This document shows positions 12,493 through 25,271 of a stretch of DNA of 64,000 bases, piece after piece (position 1 is the first letter of the stretch; every line of letters begins with the position of its first letter). Both the position numbers and the translations under genes were made by a program. Under the pieces are notes generated by a model. The model was not told the origin of the DNA. It saw only the letters and a list, made by a program, of their open reading frames with translations, and made no database searches. Source of the stretch: Malacoraja senta (Eukaryota); contig CM076001.1 of NCBI GenBank assembly GCA_038087875.1, positions 1,426,001-1,490,000 of the forward strand, written 5' to 3'.

Positions 12493-12839
12493 AAACCACC
12501 AAGATCGGGGAACACCACCACCAGTGCTAACCACACCTATGAATTTCTATGCAGACACAAGTAAATGCGGACGCTGAAATCGGAATCTAAAGTCTAGATA
12601 CCAAATGTCGGCTATCAATGTTCTCCTGAAATGCTGCCAGACCCGCGCAGTTAATGCTACCACCAAACTGCCGGCTTGCTCCAAAACACTATGCGAATTC
12701 ACCCTCTTGGTCTACAAGTTACTGCAGCACTTTGTGTTCATAAACATTTCATAATTGTCTCTGGTTATACAAAGGATTTGTTTTTTTTGTTGCTCTAGGA
12801 TTGTGGCCATTAAGTTATTGAGTTAGTTTGTGTATCAGA

Positions 12840-13215
12840 CATTATGAGAGGAATGGGGTGATCGTAAGGAAGTGTATAAAATCATGGGAAGAATAGATCG
12901 GGTAGATACGCAGAGTCTCTTGTGCAGAGTAGGTGAGTCGAGGAACGGGGGACACAGGTTTAAGCTGAAGGGGAAGATTAATACGATTTGAGCGGTAACG
13001 TTTTCACACGGAGGGTAGTTTGGGTGTACAGAACAAGTTGCCAGAGTAAATAGTTGAAGCTGGCACTAACCCACTGTTTAAGAATCAGTTAGACTATACA
13101 TGGACAGGACCAAACGCGGGCAGGTGGCACAAATGTAGCTTTGACATGTTGGCCGGTGTAGGCAACGTGGGCCGACGAGCTGTTTCCGCGTTATATCGCT
13201 ACATGACTCTATGCC
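12840..13215 (+). mobile_element. Decayed CR1 3' fragment (paralog at ~41885-42265)
   Basis: Aligns by eye to the CR1 3' region at 5941-6312. Confidence 0.75.
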
Positions 13216-13559
13216 TCTGTTATCTGATAAAGCCTATTGCATGTTCTAGGCCTGTGTGCATCTACAAGTAAGAATGTCATGTTCCGTTGTCGGAACAGAA
13301 TATATTTGAACACCCTGGAATCGTTACTGTTGATTCTAACGGGCAATGACTGTTGGCCGTAACAGCTATGCCCACATCCAAAACAAAGACAAAGACGATA
13401 AGGTATATAAGCAGAGTTAGGCCATTTGCCCAAATTGAAAGCCGCCGTTGGAAGTGGAAAACGAAAAATGCGTGGGTGAAGTCTGCGATATGTAGCAAGG
13501 ATCAATTCAGAGAAAAGAGGGAAAGTATCCGAGTTTGGAGCGTGAGGACGAAATGCCGA

Positions 13560-14400
13560 TGACAATGCTGCTCAAATCTCAATCAGAGTGATCAGAGTGA
13601 TCAGAACTGATCCTTCTCAAGTCCAGCGAGTGTAGGCTTGCAGTTAGCAAACGCTTCTTATGCGCGACCGAATGATCCCCAAATAATTCGCGTAAACCTC
13701 CGCTTGGCAATCTCCAAAGCCACCATATCCTTCCTTAGATACGGGACCCAAAACTGCTCGCGATATTCCAAATGTGATCACAACAGTGCCTAAAAAAACA
13801 TCTACGATTTACATTTTAGATTCCTGTTTTTATATTCAAGTCATCTCGAGATTAATGCTAAATTTAATTTGTCTCCCTGAACGACGATTCGCTCTGCAAA
13901 TTCACATTTTGGAATTCCCGCACCAACATTCCCAAGTCCCTTTGCACCTCCATTTCTGAATCCTCTCCCCATTTAGAAAATAGTCGACGTCGTCATTCCT
14001 TCCGCCAAAGTGCATGTCCGTGTGTGTGCTGTGTCGTATTTCATCTGCCACTTATTTGCCCCCTCTTCCAACCTGTTCAAATAACTCTGGAGACTCCATG
14101 CTTACTCAACACTACCTGCCACTTCACCTATTTTGGCATCGTCCACGATATCAGCCGCAAAGCCATCAATTCCCTCACCCAGATCGTAAACATACAACGG
14201 AAAAAGGATGGACCCAACATGACCCATTAGTCACAGGCAGCAAGCGGAAAAGATCACTTTTATTCCAATATTTGCCCTGCAACGGACAGCCTATCCTCTA
14301 TCCACACTGATACCTTATCTCTAACACCGATACTCCTGTCTTAATTAGCCGCTTCGCGTCCTGCACCGTTTAATATGCATCAGAAATTTTTAAGTCAGCA
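13560..14400 (-). mobile_element. Decayed CR1 RT fragment (paralog at ~42600-43450)
   Basis: Minus-strand remnants such as LLFPLYVYDLGDGIDGF...IVDDAKIG in the paralog ORF 43150-43356. Confidence 0.65.
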
Positions 14401-15099
14401 GCATTTGTGACTTTACTTTGCCCATCCTGCTTGTTACGTTCCCAAATAATTTCAACAGTTTTGTCAGGCAAAAGCCCCCACCAGCTGACTTCGCCGATTT
14501 TATCATGTGCTTCAAGGTAACTGGAACCTCATTTTTACTAATGGTCTCTAAAATCTTACCAACTATTGAAGTCGTGCTAACCACCTTATCATGACAACGG
14601 GCTTATATAAATTTCCCATACAATTTATGGGATTGATCCACGACCGCTGCGTGCGAAAGCCTGGGAAAACAATCTATTTCTTATTTCCAGGAAATAGAGG
14701 GAGGTTTTGCAGGAGAGTAGATGGGCTGCGAGTGAAACTGGACCCTCTGTAAACATTCCACAAAACTGTAATCAAACGACAGCTGGCAGACCTGTTGAAA
14801 CGGTTCTCGGGAGATGAAAATATGAACCGCAAGCAGCAAAAAGCGGGCGAACAAGATTGAAAACCAAAACTATTCTTCAATGAAATGAAAGTAAAACGCA
14901 GACGGACGTGGCCCAGTGAAGAAAAAACAACTCTTAATACATAAAGGGCAAAGTATTTATCCCGGGTTGTGTAAATTGCACTTAAAAGATGACCTTCCAG
15001 TTGCTAAACACAGAAGGCTGTGGAGGCCAAGTCAGGGGCGAAAATAAGGCAGCGATAGATAGATTTTTGATTAGTCGTGGCGTCAGAGGTTATTGTTAT

Positions 15100-15300
15100 T
15101 GCGGAGATTTTCTGCGTGTTTTGATCCGAGATCTAGGGTTTCTTCCCGCAACTCCAAATACGGAGAGTTTTGAAGGGCAATTGGCTTAGTGTTGATGTGC
15201 GGGGATTGCAGGGCGGCGCGGACTTGGTGGGCCGAAGGGCCCGTTTCCGCGCTGTGTCCCTAAACTGAACTAAACTGAACTAAAGTAAACCAACCTAAAC
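15100..15300 (+). mobile_element. Decayed tRNA-derived V-SINE (HE1-like) 3' half with CR1-type tail (paralog ~44150-44400)
   Basis: ggcgcggacttggtgggccgaagggcccgtttccgcgctgtgtccctaaactgaactaaac terminal sequence. Confidence 0.7.
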
Positions 15301-15471
15301 GAAATTAAAACTCAACTCGTCGCAGGAACAATTACAAGATTCATAAATAACGTTTCCATACATTTTGCAAACATGTGATGAACTACCGGAGACGGTACCC
15401 AGTTTCTGTGCATGTCACCGTCGCCAACAGTCAATGTTAAAACAATAACAATTCCCTGTTACTTTCTGCAG

Positions 15472-15777
15472 ATTCCATTTCCGCGGGTTCCCAGAGCCCG
15501 CCACAACAATCCTCTCTTGCTGGTGACACTGTCTCTCTTAACTGCGTATATTCCGGATTCTGTTCGTACACAGTACACTGGTACCGACATTTCCCAGGGC
15601 AAGCTCTGGAATTCCTGCTCCAAAGACACACCTCAGGAAAGCAAGATGAGGAAGAGGCTGCCGAAGGCCGCATTACTGGTTCTCTCGATCCTGGCCAGAA
15701 AATCAGCCAGTTAACGCTATCTGAAATGCTGCCGGGCGACGCGGCTGTGTATTACTGTGGGATGAGTCCGCGCATCG
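15472..15777 (+). CDS. Leaderless supporting TCR-delta V segment (NAR-TCR supporting V), copy 1
   Basis: Phase-1 acceptor ttctgcag|at; open frame (D)SISAGSQSPPQQSSLAGDTVSLNCVYSGFCSYTVHWYRHFPGQALEFLL...QLTLSEMLPGDAAVYYCGMSPRIA with both canonical Cys, Trp, an extra CDR1 Cys and a 3' RSS; no leader exon seen immediately upstream. Confidence 0.9.
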
Positions 15778-15816
15778 CACAGTGACACAGCGCAGTGAGA
15801 TAGCTGTACCAAAACC
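15778..15816 (+). other. 23-bp-spacer recombination signal sequence
   Basis: CACAGTG + 23 nt + ACCAAAACC. Confidence 0.95.
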
Positions 15817-15969
15817 TCAATGTGGCTGAATACAGGCACAGAGCACTGCAGAACATCTGGGAGCGCTATCCGAGAATCTCAGTGTAGTATGGATTGATTG
15901 CACGTTGCGAGGGAAGGAAAGAAAGAGAAAGATTACAAAGATAAATTATATTGATATTTACAGAAACAC

Positions 15970-16232
15970 NNNNNNNNNNNNNNNNNNNNNNNNNNNNNNN
16001 NNNNNNNNNNNNNNNNNNNNNNNNNNNNNNNNNNNNNNNNNNNNNNNNNNNNNNNNNNNNNNNNNNNNNNNNNNNNNNNNNNNNNNNNNNNNNNNNNNNN
16101 NNNNNNNNNNNNNNNNNNNNNNNNNNNNNNNNNNNNNNNNNNNNNNNNNNNNNNNNNNNNNNNNNNNNNNNNNNNNNNNNNNNNNNNNNNNNNNNNNNNN
16201 NNNNNNNNNNNNNNNNNNNNNNNNNNNNNNNN
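15970..16232. other. Assembly gap (263 N) over a CA/GA microsatellite
   Basis: Flanks match 45052-45060 and 45153; the paralogous interval (92 bp) contains (CA)n(GA)n. Confidence 0.9.
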
Positions 16233-18780
16233 ACGCTGAGAAGTTTCGAAGCTACCTTTCAAAAGTTTTTTGTCGAAGGTAGAGGGACAGAGGCAGTGAG
16301 AGTTCGAGGTTTGACCAAACGTTCGGGACTGCGGAAACTTTCCTTTTTCTGATGATTCCCAGCGAATCTGAGTGCCGCGAGAACGGCAGTGACTGGCGGA
16401 TTGCCACTCGTACCTGGAGACGGGAGTCGGAAAGTGGCCATGTTTATATCGTTTCTAGCACCGTAACCCTGCTCCCATGCCGTTTTGCCCAGACCAGGTC
16501 ACCTGGCTGAAAATATGAGGGTACTTTTCGAATCCGGCAGTTCTCCGGAGGCTTGGAAGGCCTGATAAAAAGACCCCCATAGAGATGCTCTCGGCAGCAA
16601 TTTGGGCTTGGCGTATTCCTTGCTCGGCTGGGAGAACTGCTTCTGCTGAAACTGACTCACAGATCGCTCTTGAGCTGAGACTGCTGTTGTCTGAGGTGCT
16701 GGTTTGTACCGCTGTCAGGATAGCGGCGGCATGGTCTCAGGCTCAGAGCTACGCAGCTGTGTTTCGGCTGCGTTTTCGGGGTCTCTCGAATAGGAGCTTT
16801 ATGTTGACTTGGGGAGGTGAGTCCAGGCTCACTAGGCTTATACAGCCCTGGCGTGACCCGCGTTCTAAAGGGATCTTGCGTTTTAAGAGGTGGGTGTTTA
16901 TGAAGGTGAGAACGGGGTCGGGCGTAGAGGGGAGCTTCTTCGTAGAGCATGATGGGATTCCCTACCACGTGCGTTGGAGTTGGGGGGAGGCACCGTGTCA
17001 TGCGTGCAAGGAGTTTGGATACGTCCGCAGGGATTGTCCCAATCGTCGGGATGCTGCGAGAAATCCCAAAGCAGCAGCACAGGAAAGCACTGCTGGCCAT
17101 CCGGGGCTGCCAGTTCCACCTCGGTGACCCGGAGCGACATTGTTGGCTCTATGAGGCTCCCCGACCCCCACGTTCTGTACCTGCCGCGGCGGATGATGGC
17201 GAGGCCCAGGGGAGCTCGGCGGGGGTGTGTGGAGGGGGGGGGATGCCGATGCAGAGAGGGAAGAAGTCCTAGAAGAAGAATACACACCTCCAAAACAAGC
17301 CACCCGCAAGATGAAGGCCCACGCCCACACCTGGGCAATCCCAAAGGGAGAATGTTGGTCCCTGTAAGGTCCAGGAATCACCTGGCGGGGTGAGCAATGA
17401 GCTGGGAGTTTCACAAGGGGGGCAGAGAGGAAAGCTGGTAGTGTGGAGGCGGAAGACTCTTCCTTTGTTGAGGTCACTCTACCGCCGCACTTCAGCGGGA
17501 CAAAAAGAAGTCGTGGGCCCTTTGAGGGAGTGCCCAAGGTTATGGGGCAACCTTCTTCGAGACCTTCCTCCACTGTCGAGGTCGGTGACCTTCCGTGCGT
17601 GTTATCTCACGTGTTGCTGGGATTGGGCGCCCCTAGAAATGTGTCCCCTGGTATGGAGGACAAGCAGAGGCAACCCGAAAGGTGGGGATGGAGTGTAGGG
17701 GTGGTTTCCCAGCCTGTGCTCCTCATTAAAGCTCCTCATTAGAGCTATCTGAGGGGGTGCTGCTCCATCGACTGAGGAAGTAGGGTAGAATCCAGAGTCA
17801 CCTACTCCTTCAAAAAGGCCAATAGTGTGGATACTCCCCCGGTGGCGGAGGCTGCAGTCTCTCTGGGTGATACTATTGTAGCGGGTACCCTTGGTGCGGA
17901 AGGGGACAGGGCTGTCTCGGGTCGTGACCCTCAATCGGATTCCGGGGGGTGCCTGCGAACCGCGGGCCCTGGCGACGTCTATTGTTTGTTCATTCCCAGT
18001 TCCAGTTTTAGGAGGCTACGGGTGAGTGCACGAGTCTGGCCATTCACTGGCCGGCTCATCGCTGTCAGAGTTATCGGGACCCTCCCTCGACACTGATCCC
18101 GGGGGTGGGATCATGCCGGGGGAGGGGGAGCGCGATGTAGCCAGCTTACAGCTTATGCAGCGGGGCGAGCGAGCTGGCAGCCAGCGGCAGCACTCCGAAC
18201 TCAGACGATGACCTTGAGCGTAGCGAGGGGGAAGATGTTGCTTCAGGTGTCAGTGGTTTGGCACAATGCCCGGATTCCAATGCTGTGTCTAGTAGGGCCG
18301 GTATCTGGGAGCTTCTGGAGTTTCTAAAGCAAACAAGTGCAGTAGTAACAAACTGGTAAACAGTGGCCGGAGCAGCCGGACTTATCCCGCCACTTGATGA
18401 TACCTTTCGCAGTAAAGAGGTTGTCCCGAGTCTGAGACGCATCAGTTCGGGGACGTTTTGAAGCTTCTAAGACGGAGAAGCCCCACTCCTACGAGAGTGT
18501 GAGGGAAAACCTTCCCTGTGTCTTCAACATGAAGATCACAGTTTCTAGTCTAAAGATAAATGGCGGAAGGGGGGACCTTCGTAGGTTTCATCATCTATCA
18601 GTCCTCAGAAAGGGGAAATATCAGTAGGTTTTTCTGCAAGAGACGTATATTGTTGCCAGTGATGAACCCATCTGTCTCCTGGAGTAGGAAGGGGGTGGGG
18701 GGGAGGGTTCTACATGAGCTAGCTCAGCACAAATTCGAGTGGGGTGGCCTTCCTGTTGCCGACGATTTTCCAGTCAGAGG
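16233..18780 (+). mobile_element. Tx1-group (L1 clade) LINE 5' portion: ORF1 and start of ORF2, decayed
   Basis: ORF1 with zinc-knuckle-like CHACKEFGYVRRDC; ORF2 begins at ATG 18529 MKITVSSLKINGGR...VFLQET (APE N-terminus); cut off by CR1 sequence at ~18781. Confidence 0.75.
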
Positions 18781-19632
18781 ACCTGAGTGGGCAGATGCAT
18801 GGGAGATGCAGTAGAAGTAGATAAATGTGAGATAATCCACTTTGGCGGCAAGAACAAGGAGGCAGATAATTATCTCAATGGTGTCAGATTAGGAAAAAGG
18901 GAAGTGCAACGAGACCTGGGTGTCCTTGTACACCAGTCACTGAAAGTAAACATGCAGGCAGTAAAGAACGATTGTAGCATGCTGGCCTTCTTAACGAGTG
19001 GATTTGCGCACAGGAGTAAAGAGGACCTTCTGCATTTGTACGGGGCCCTGGTGAGAACACATCTGGAGTATTGTGTGCAGTTTTGGTCTCCTAATTTGAG
19101 GAAGGACATCCTTGCTATTGAAGCAGTGCAGTGTAGGTTCCCGAGGTTAAATCCCGGCATGGCGGGAGTGTCATATGAGGAAATGTTGGGAATACTGGGC
19201 AGGTTATCACAGGAATTTAGGATGAGTGGGGATCTTATAGAAACATATACAATTATAAAAGGAGTGGATAAGCTAGGTGCAGGAAGAATATTCCCAATGC
19301 CAAGGGTGTCCAGAATCAGGGGGCCAAAGTCTAAGAATAAAGGGAGGCCATTTAAAACTGGGATGAGAAAACAACGTTTTCCACCAAGAGAGTTGTGAAT
19401 CTAAGGAATTCCCTGCCACAGAAGGCAATAGAGGCCAATTTCGGGATGAATTTCAAAGTGTGTTAGATAGAGCTCTGGGGGCTCGCGGAATCTGGGGATA
19501 TGGGGAGAGGCAGCACGTGTTTCTGATTGTCGATGATCAGCCATGATCACAATGAATGGCGGTGCTGGCTCGAAGGGCCAAATTGAGACCTCCTGCACTT
19601 ATTTTCTATGTTTCCATGTTTCTATGTTTCTA
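18781..19632 (+). mobile_element. CR1 3' fragment (paralog ~47706-48557)
   Basis: ORF 18787-19398 KCEIIHFG...[15 protein letters not shown]; ctatgtttc tail at ~19605-19632. Confidence 0.88.
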
Positions 19633-21425
19633 AATGCAAGTGAACGGCAGATGCCGCCGTAACAACGGAAAGAACATGGGGAGGCCCAGGGTGCTGTCAC
19701 ACCGCAGGGACTCATTGACCTTCGAATACATTTGCGCTTAGACACCGGATGCAGACCGTGAGCATACGCATTGTCCCCACAACCCTAACAGAACATAGAC
19801 ATAGAAACTTAGAAAAAGGTGTAGGAGTAGGGCATTCGGCTGATCAAACAAAATCAGTACCCGTTCCTGCTTTCTCCCCATATCTCCTGATTCTGTTAGC
19901 CCTAATCCGGGACGGCCAATCAAGACGATGCTGATGGCGTTGACGGAAGACGCATGTGTAGAGACAACAGAGGAGCTTGCCAGTTGCATGGAGGACAGAG
20001 ATGTGTGTGCGTCCTTCACCGTGCCCGTCGGGAACTAGCACCACTGCGTCGTTAATGTTTTCACCGTGTATTGTATTGTATTGTCTGTGCTATATCTAAC
20101 TTTCTATTGAAAATAGCATGTGAAATTAAATCCACTGCCTTGTGAGGCTGAGAATTCCACAGAGCATTGAGGGGCATAGCGTCATACGGTCATATTGATA
20201 CAGCGTGGAAACAAGCCATTCGGCTCATCTTGCCCACATCGACCAATATGTCCCAGCTACACTACTACCACCTGCCGCGATTGACCCATGTCCCTCCAAT
20301 CTAGTCCTATCCATCTACGTGTCAAACTGTTTGTTAAACGATGATGTGGCCCCTGCCTCAGCTGCCTCTTCTGGCTGCTTGTTCCATACACTCACTACGC
20401 TTTATGTTAAAAAGTTACCCCTCAGGTTCCTATTCAATCTATTCCGCTTCAATTAAAATCTATGTCATCTGGTCCTTCATTCAGCTAGTTAATTTTTATC
20501 TTAATATATTTGAGAAACCACCTTAACAGATATTGTAAGAGATTTAACTGTCCCCACGATGCAGGAGATAGTCAAATATGTGTAAACATTTCACAGGAGA
20601 CTCTGTCTCGGCCCTCGAATTTTCCAATATAAATTGTCAGTGCATTCCGGATGCGGATCATCTTCTTGTATTGCTTTATAGGCCAATCCCAAATTAACGC
20701 AAATTACACCGGATTAAAGCAGCAACAATTTTGGTGATGGAGTTGGAGTTAAATTACACACACAGAGACACGCGCACACACACGCACACGCTGACTAACA
20801 AATTCGCATATTTGGCTAACCCTAATTTATTCTCCCCACATTCACATGATATTGACGTTTTCCAGGTTTCAAGGTCAGTTTATTGTCACATGTACCAGTT
20901 AGGGTACAGTGAAATTTGAGTTACCATACAGCCATACTAAGTGAAAAGTCACAAGGCACAAAACCACATAAAAGTTAACATGTACATACACCACAGTTGA
21001 TTTCATATTCATCACTGTGATGGAAGGCAGTAAAGTTTAATCTGCTTCCTCTTCTTCTCCCACGGTCGGGGCAGTCAATCCATCCGCAGGTCGGGGCGAA
21101 CAAAGTCCCCGCAGCCGACGATCGAATCCCCCATCGTGCTGATCGATACTCCCGTGTCGGAGCGGTTAAAACTCTCCCCGCGGCATGAAGCTCCCGAGTC
21201 GGCTTCTTCTTACCAGAGACCGCGGGCTACACGATGTTAAAGTCCACACGCCCTGAAGTTGGAAATTGGATCCCCGACAAACGGATGGCAGGGTCCGCGA
21301 TATTAAAGTCCCAACAGACTGTTGGCGAGACATCCACAGCTGATGTTCTACCATTCATCTACCATTCATCAACGAGGAACAATGTACGATGGCCAACCAA
21401 CGGGCTCACCACCAAGTTTACTTTT

Positions 21426-21500
21426 GTTTAGTTTAGTTTAGTTTAGTTTAATTTAGTTCAGTTCAGTTTAGTTTAGTTTAGTTTAGTTTAGTTTAGTTTA
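21426..21500. repeat. (GTTTA)n microsatellite, expanded SINE/CR1 tail (paralog 50396-50480)
   Basis: 15 imperfect units here and 17 in the paralog; abuts gcgcggaaac, the reverse of the SINE terminus. Confidence 0.9.
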
Positions 21501-22955
21501 GCGCGGAAACGGGCAGATGCTGGAAAAATCGAAGATAGATAAAAAAATGCTGGAGAAACTCAGCGGGCGAGGCAGCATCAATTCAGCGAAGAAACAGGTG
21601 ACCTTTCGGGTTTCCGCCCCCCCCCCCAGCCACCCACCCCGCCCCAACCCCACATCAGTGCAAAATGGGTCTTGACCCGAAACGTCACCTGTTCCTTCGC
21701 TCCACAGATGCTGCCTCACCAGCTGAGTTTCTCCAGCATTTTTGCCACAGTCGATTTTTCCAGCAGTTCTTTGTTAATCAATTGTAACCTGTGCAGTTTT
21801 TAAATTATCTCGGGAATTTTAGGTACAAATTATTTTGCCAACTTGGTTTTCGTTCCCGTTTATAATTCCCTAATCATTAACTGCAACCAAATGCCGAAAC
21901 ATTCCATTGGGTTTATGGAAGGAGCAGCCAGAAGGGGTGGCGTAGAAAGAAATTGTAGATGCCGATTTATAGCGAAGAATGACGCACACGGATGGAGTGA
22001 TTCGGCGGGTAAGGTAGCATCTCTCGATAAAAGGGATAAATTATGTTTCTGGTCGGGGCCACTTCCTCCGCCTGAACATACAGCGGAGGGCACTGGATGT
22101 CAGTAAAGGCCAGAACAATACAGGTGGCCAAGGAAGAATGGAGGCCATAATCGCCCATTGTTGGCTGGGGGAGAGGTGATACCGAACGAATATAAACATG
22201 CGAGCAGTACAACTAGTATGATGGCTAGGTTCGGGGAGAGAGGGAGAGAAATTGAGAGACTCCGGGGATTATTTGGAATTAGAGCATTCAAAGTTCATAC
22301 CGCCGGATTGTAAGATGCACAAGCGAAATATAAGGTGCTGTTCCTCCATTTTGTGTGTGGCCTCATTCTAACCGTTGATGAGGAACAGTGCAGAAAGGTT
22401 TATATAGGAATGAGAAATGGAGTTTAAATGTTTGCAGGCGGGAGATCGTGTTACCCAAGGCGAAAATTGAGTTGTTACATTTGACTTGTTTGCTTTCCGG
22501 CATACCTCATCTGTACCTTTACTTTCGATAGACACTTTCCGCACTTAGAAGGTATTTACAACACGCTGCCTGTTTGGAACTTCGCACAATCCAGGTCATC
22601 CGCTGCAAAAACGGCAGATTCTCTTTAAATTAAAGGCCCCGATAATGAACAATCAGACGTTTTTCCAATGGTGAAAGGGAATAAAAAATACAACTTGCAC
22701 GCATTTAACTGACAACTCGTCTTTCCACACTCGTTTCGAACATAATATGTTCCGGCGCTATGAAAACATATTCGTGATAAAACAGTTGATAGATTCAACT
22801 GATCACCTGGGAATGCGTAGATCAGGCCGGAGTCAATTGAGCCCATGAATTTACAATGGAGCTGGGGGTAAAATATCAACAAATTTAATGGTTGTATGTT
22901 CACATAAATTCGATCACAAAGCCACGCACGCGTTGTTGTGATATTATTTTAACTA

Positions 22956-25271
22956 TCACTTTACCGATTTAAACATCTTTCCAGTGCAACGGAATGGATA
23001 TGTTAGCACACGGAGCAACTCCTCTCTGAACTTGCTCTGTGTCACGGTGTAAATGGCCGTGTTGGTGCAGGAGCTCAGCAGCTGAAGCAGGAATCCAACC
23101 TTTTCCAATCCTACCATAGGGTTTGTCCAGAACCTGCGTTTAACCAAATGCAAACTTCGAACCGCAATAAAATGTGCGACACTTGTCGCCCAGAGCAGGA
23201 TGAAGCAGCTCGAGATTGCCAGAAGTAAAACGACCGACCGTCTGCGGTTCACCATCTCCTGGTCTTTCTTTTTCTCCCCACCGCTGCGGTCTCGGAGGTA
23301 CCTGCGGACCCGACTGGCCACGAAAATGCGCCTGATGGTGAGCGCGTTCAGCAACAAAATCAGGCAGAATGGAATCGTCGGGGTGAACAGCTGTTCGGTC
23401 CAAGAGAACACCATCCATTCGCGACGCATATAAAAATAGACGTCTTTGACGCAGCCCAGATTCCGTTCAATTGGGAAATAAGGAACGTATGCGAAGGGCA
23501 AAGGTAGGTTCTGAAGGCAGATGAGTGGGATCGCTGTCAGGATAACAATCGACGCGGTTCTCTTGGTGCAATACTTGGCTTTCATATTCTGAGTAGAAAT
23601 CGCAACAAAGCGATCAAATGTGAAAGCGACTGTGAACCATACGGAACAATCCACCGCCACGGGTGCCAGGAACAGTATTATTTTGCACACAGGAGTGTAC
23701 GGCAAGGAACCAGGCCATAAATATATATCAGCAATCCGATGAAATATCACGTCAATGAGAAGCACAGAGAGGTCCGCAGTCGCCATGGCTACCATGTAAC
23801 GAGTGATGCACTTGGAGAGGCCGCACTTGCCACGGGACAAGATCACAATCGCCACCAGATTCACTGGGAAGGAATGAAAACATAAACTGGTTAATTGTGT
23901 GGGGTTATCGGTTGGTGGGTGAGGGTAATTTAAACGTGCGCATATTGGGGACGAAATGTTGCCTATTTCCTTCGCTTGAAGAAGGATTTCGACCCGAAAC
24001 TTTCCCTATTTCCTTCGCTCCATAGATGCTGCCTCACCCGTTGAGTTTCGCCAGCATTTTTGTCTACATTTGAGAACATGATGTCAAGGAATGGGATTCC
24101 GTGAAGCACTGCAATTATAATTACATACATCCTCCAGCGACAAACAAAAGTAACAATATAACGAGCAGTATTTTCTGCTGATATAGCGGGCGGGCCTCCG
24201 TGCTATACCTGACAAGAACAACTGCTGAAGTAGCTCAGTGGCTCAAGTAGCATCTCTGGATGACATGGATAGGCGACGTTTCATCTCGGGCCCTTTCTTC
24301 AGTCTCCGATCGGAGGAAGGATCCCGACCCGATACGTCGCCTACGTCTGTCTTCCAGAGATGCTACAAGACCCGCTGAGTTACCCAGTACTTTGTTATCC
24401 CGGCATGATCGCTGCAGCGACAGTCTCTTTTATCTGTACTTCAAAAAATCTATCTTAAAATTGCCTCCCAACCGAGGGGGGACATGTCTGGTTGTTCACA
24501 CTGACGTTTTTTGTTGAGTAAGTTGTTCATACGATCTTGAAATCTGTCCCTGCGAAATTATCCCTGTGAAATGTTAAGAGCTTTACAGAAAATGCTGTGC
24601 CGAATTACTGGACGGGATGTTTTTTTCTTTCTATCGGGTGCACTACGCACTGCGGAACAGGTAGTCTCACACACAGCGACGAGGACGTGTGGCTTGCCCT
24701 ACCAACAATGCAGGTGCGGGGCATCGGTTGTAGCCAAAGTCCGTGGAGGCTAAGCTTGTACCAGAGTCTATGAGCGACCAAAGAAACCAACGCGTTTCCT
24801 CTCTCCTAAGATGTACATTGGCTAATACGAGTTTTGTTTAGATGTACAGCCTCGAAGCGTGTTCTCCGGTCCATCGAGTCCGCGCCGACCAGCGATCCCC
24901 GCACACTAACAATGTTCGACACAAACTAGTGACTTAAACCAAATATATACCAAATCAATTACCCTTCAAACCTGTCTGTCTTGGAGAGTTAGAGGAAACC
25001 GACGCTGGTCACGAGGCGAACGTACAAATTCTGGAAAGACAAGCAACCGTAGTGGGGAGCGAGCCCTGCACCATCTGCCGCTGCGCCTTCGTGCAGCCCT
25101 TAACCCTGCCGGATTATTCCGTATGTTCTCTTAATCATTACTCCTCTGCACTTTTCAAACAGTCTTTGTTAGTTCAATGTGATGTGCCGACAATTACCTA
25201 CCGGGTATACCGATTGCTGCAAGAATCGGGTAATATACAGATTCTATATACAGGATCAGACTATAATACAT
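22956..25271 (-). CDS. Two-exon class A GPCR, GPR139-like chondrichthyan family, 325 aa, intact
   Basis: join(complement 25271..25202, 23863..22956). Exon 1 MYYSLILYIESVYYPILAAIGIP, phase-1 donor G|gtaggt; acceptor ttcccag|TG; exon 2 has ADL in TM2, FTFDRFVAI (DRY-like), and TM7 SSCTNTAIY. Family assignment is from recall of motifs, not a database search. Confidence 0.88.
24820..25085 (-). mobile_element. Decayed V-SINE (HE1-like) in the GPCR intron (paralog ~53810-54075)
   Basis: Reverse complement contains tttgtacgttcgcctcgtgacc...ggtttcctc and the gggatcgctggtcggcgcggactcgatgg terminal motif. Confidence 0.7.

Noticed and set aside
12111-12564. ORFs containing long X runs (also 15905-16352)
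   Set aside because: Artefacts of translating N gaps.
16233-18530. Different frameshifts in Tx1 ORF1 between the two copies
   Set aside because: Mostly 1-bp indels, several in homopolymers near gaps; cannot be separated from sequencing error.
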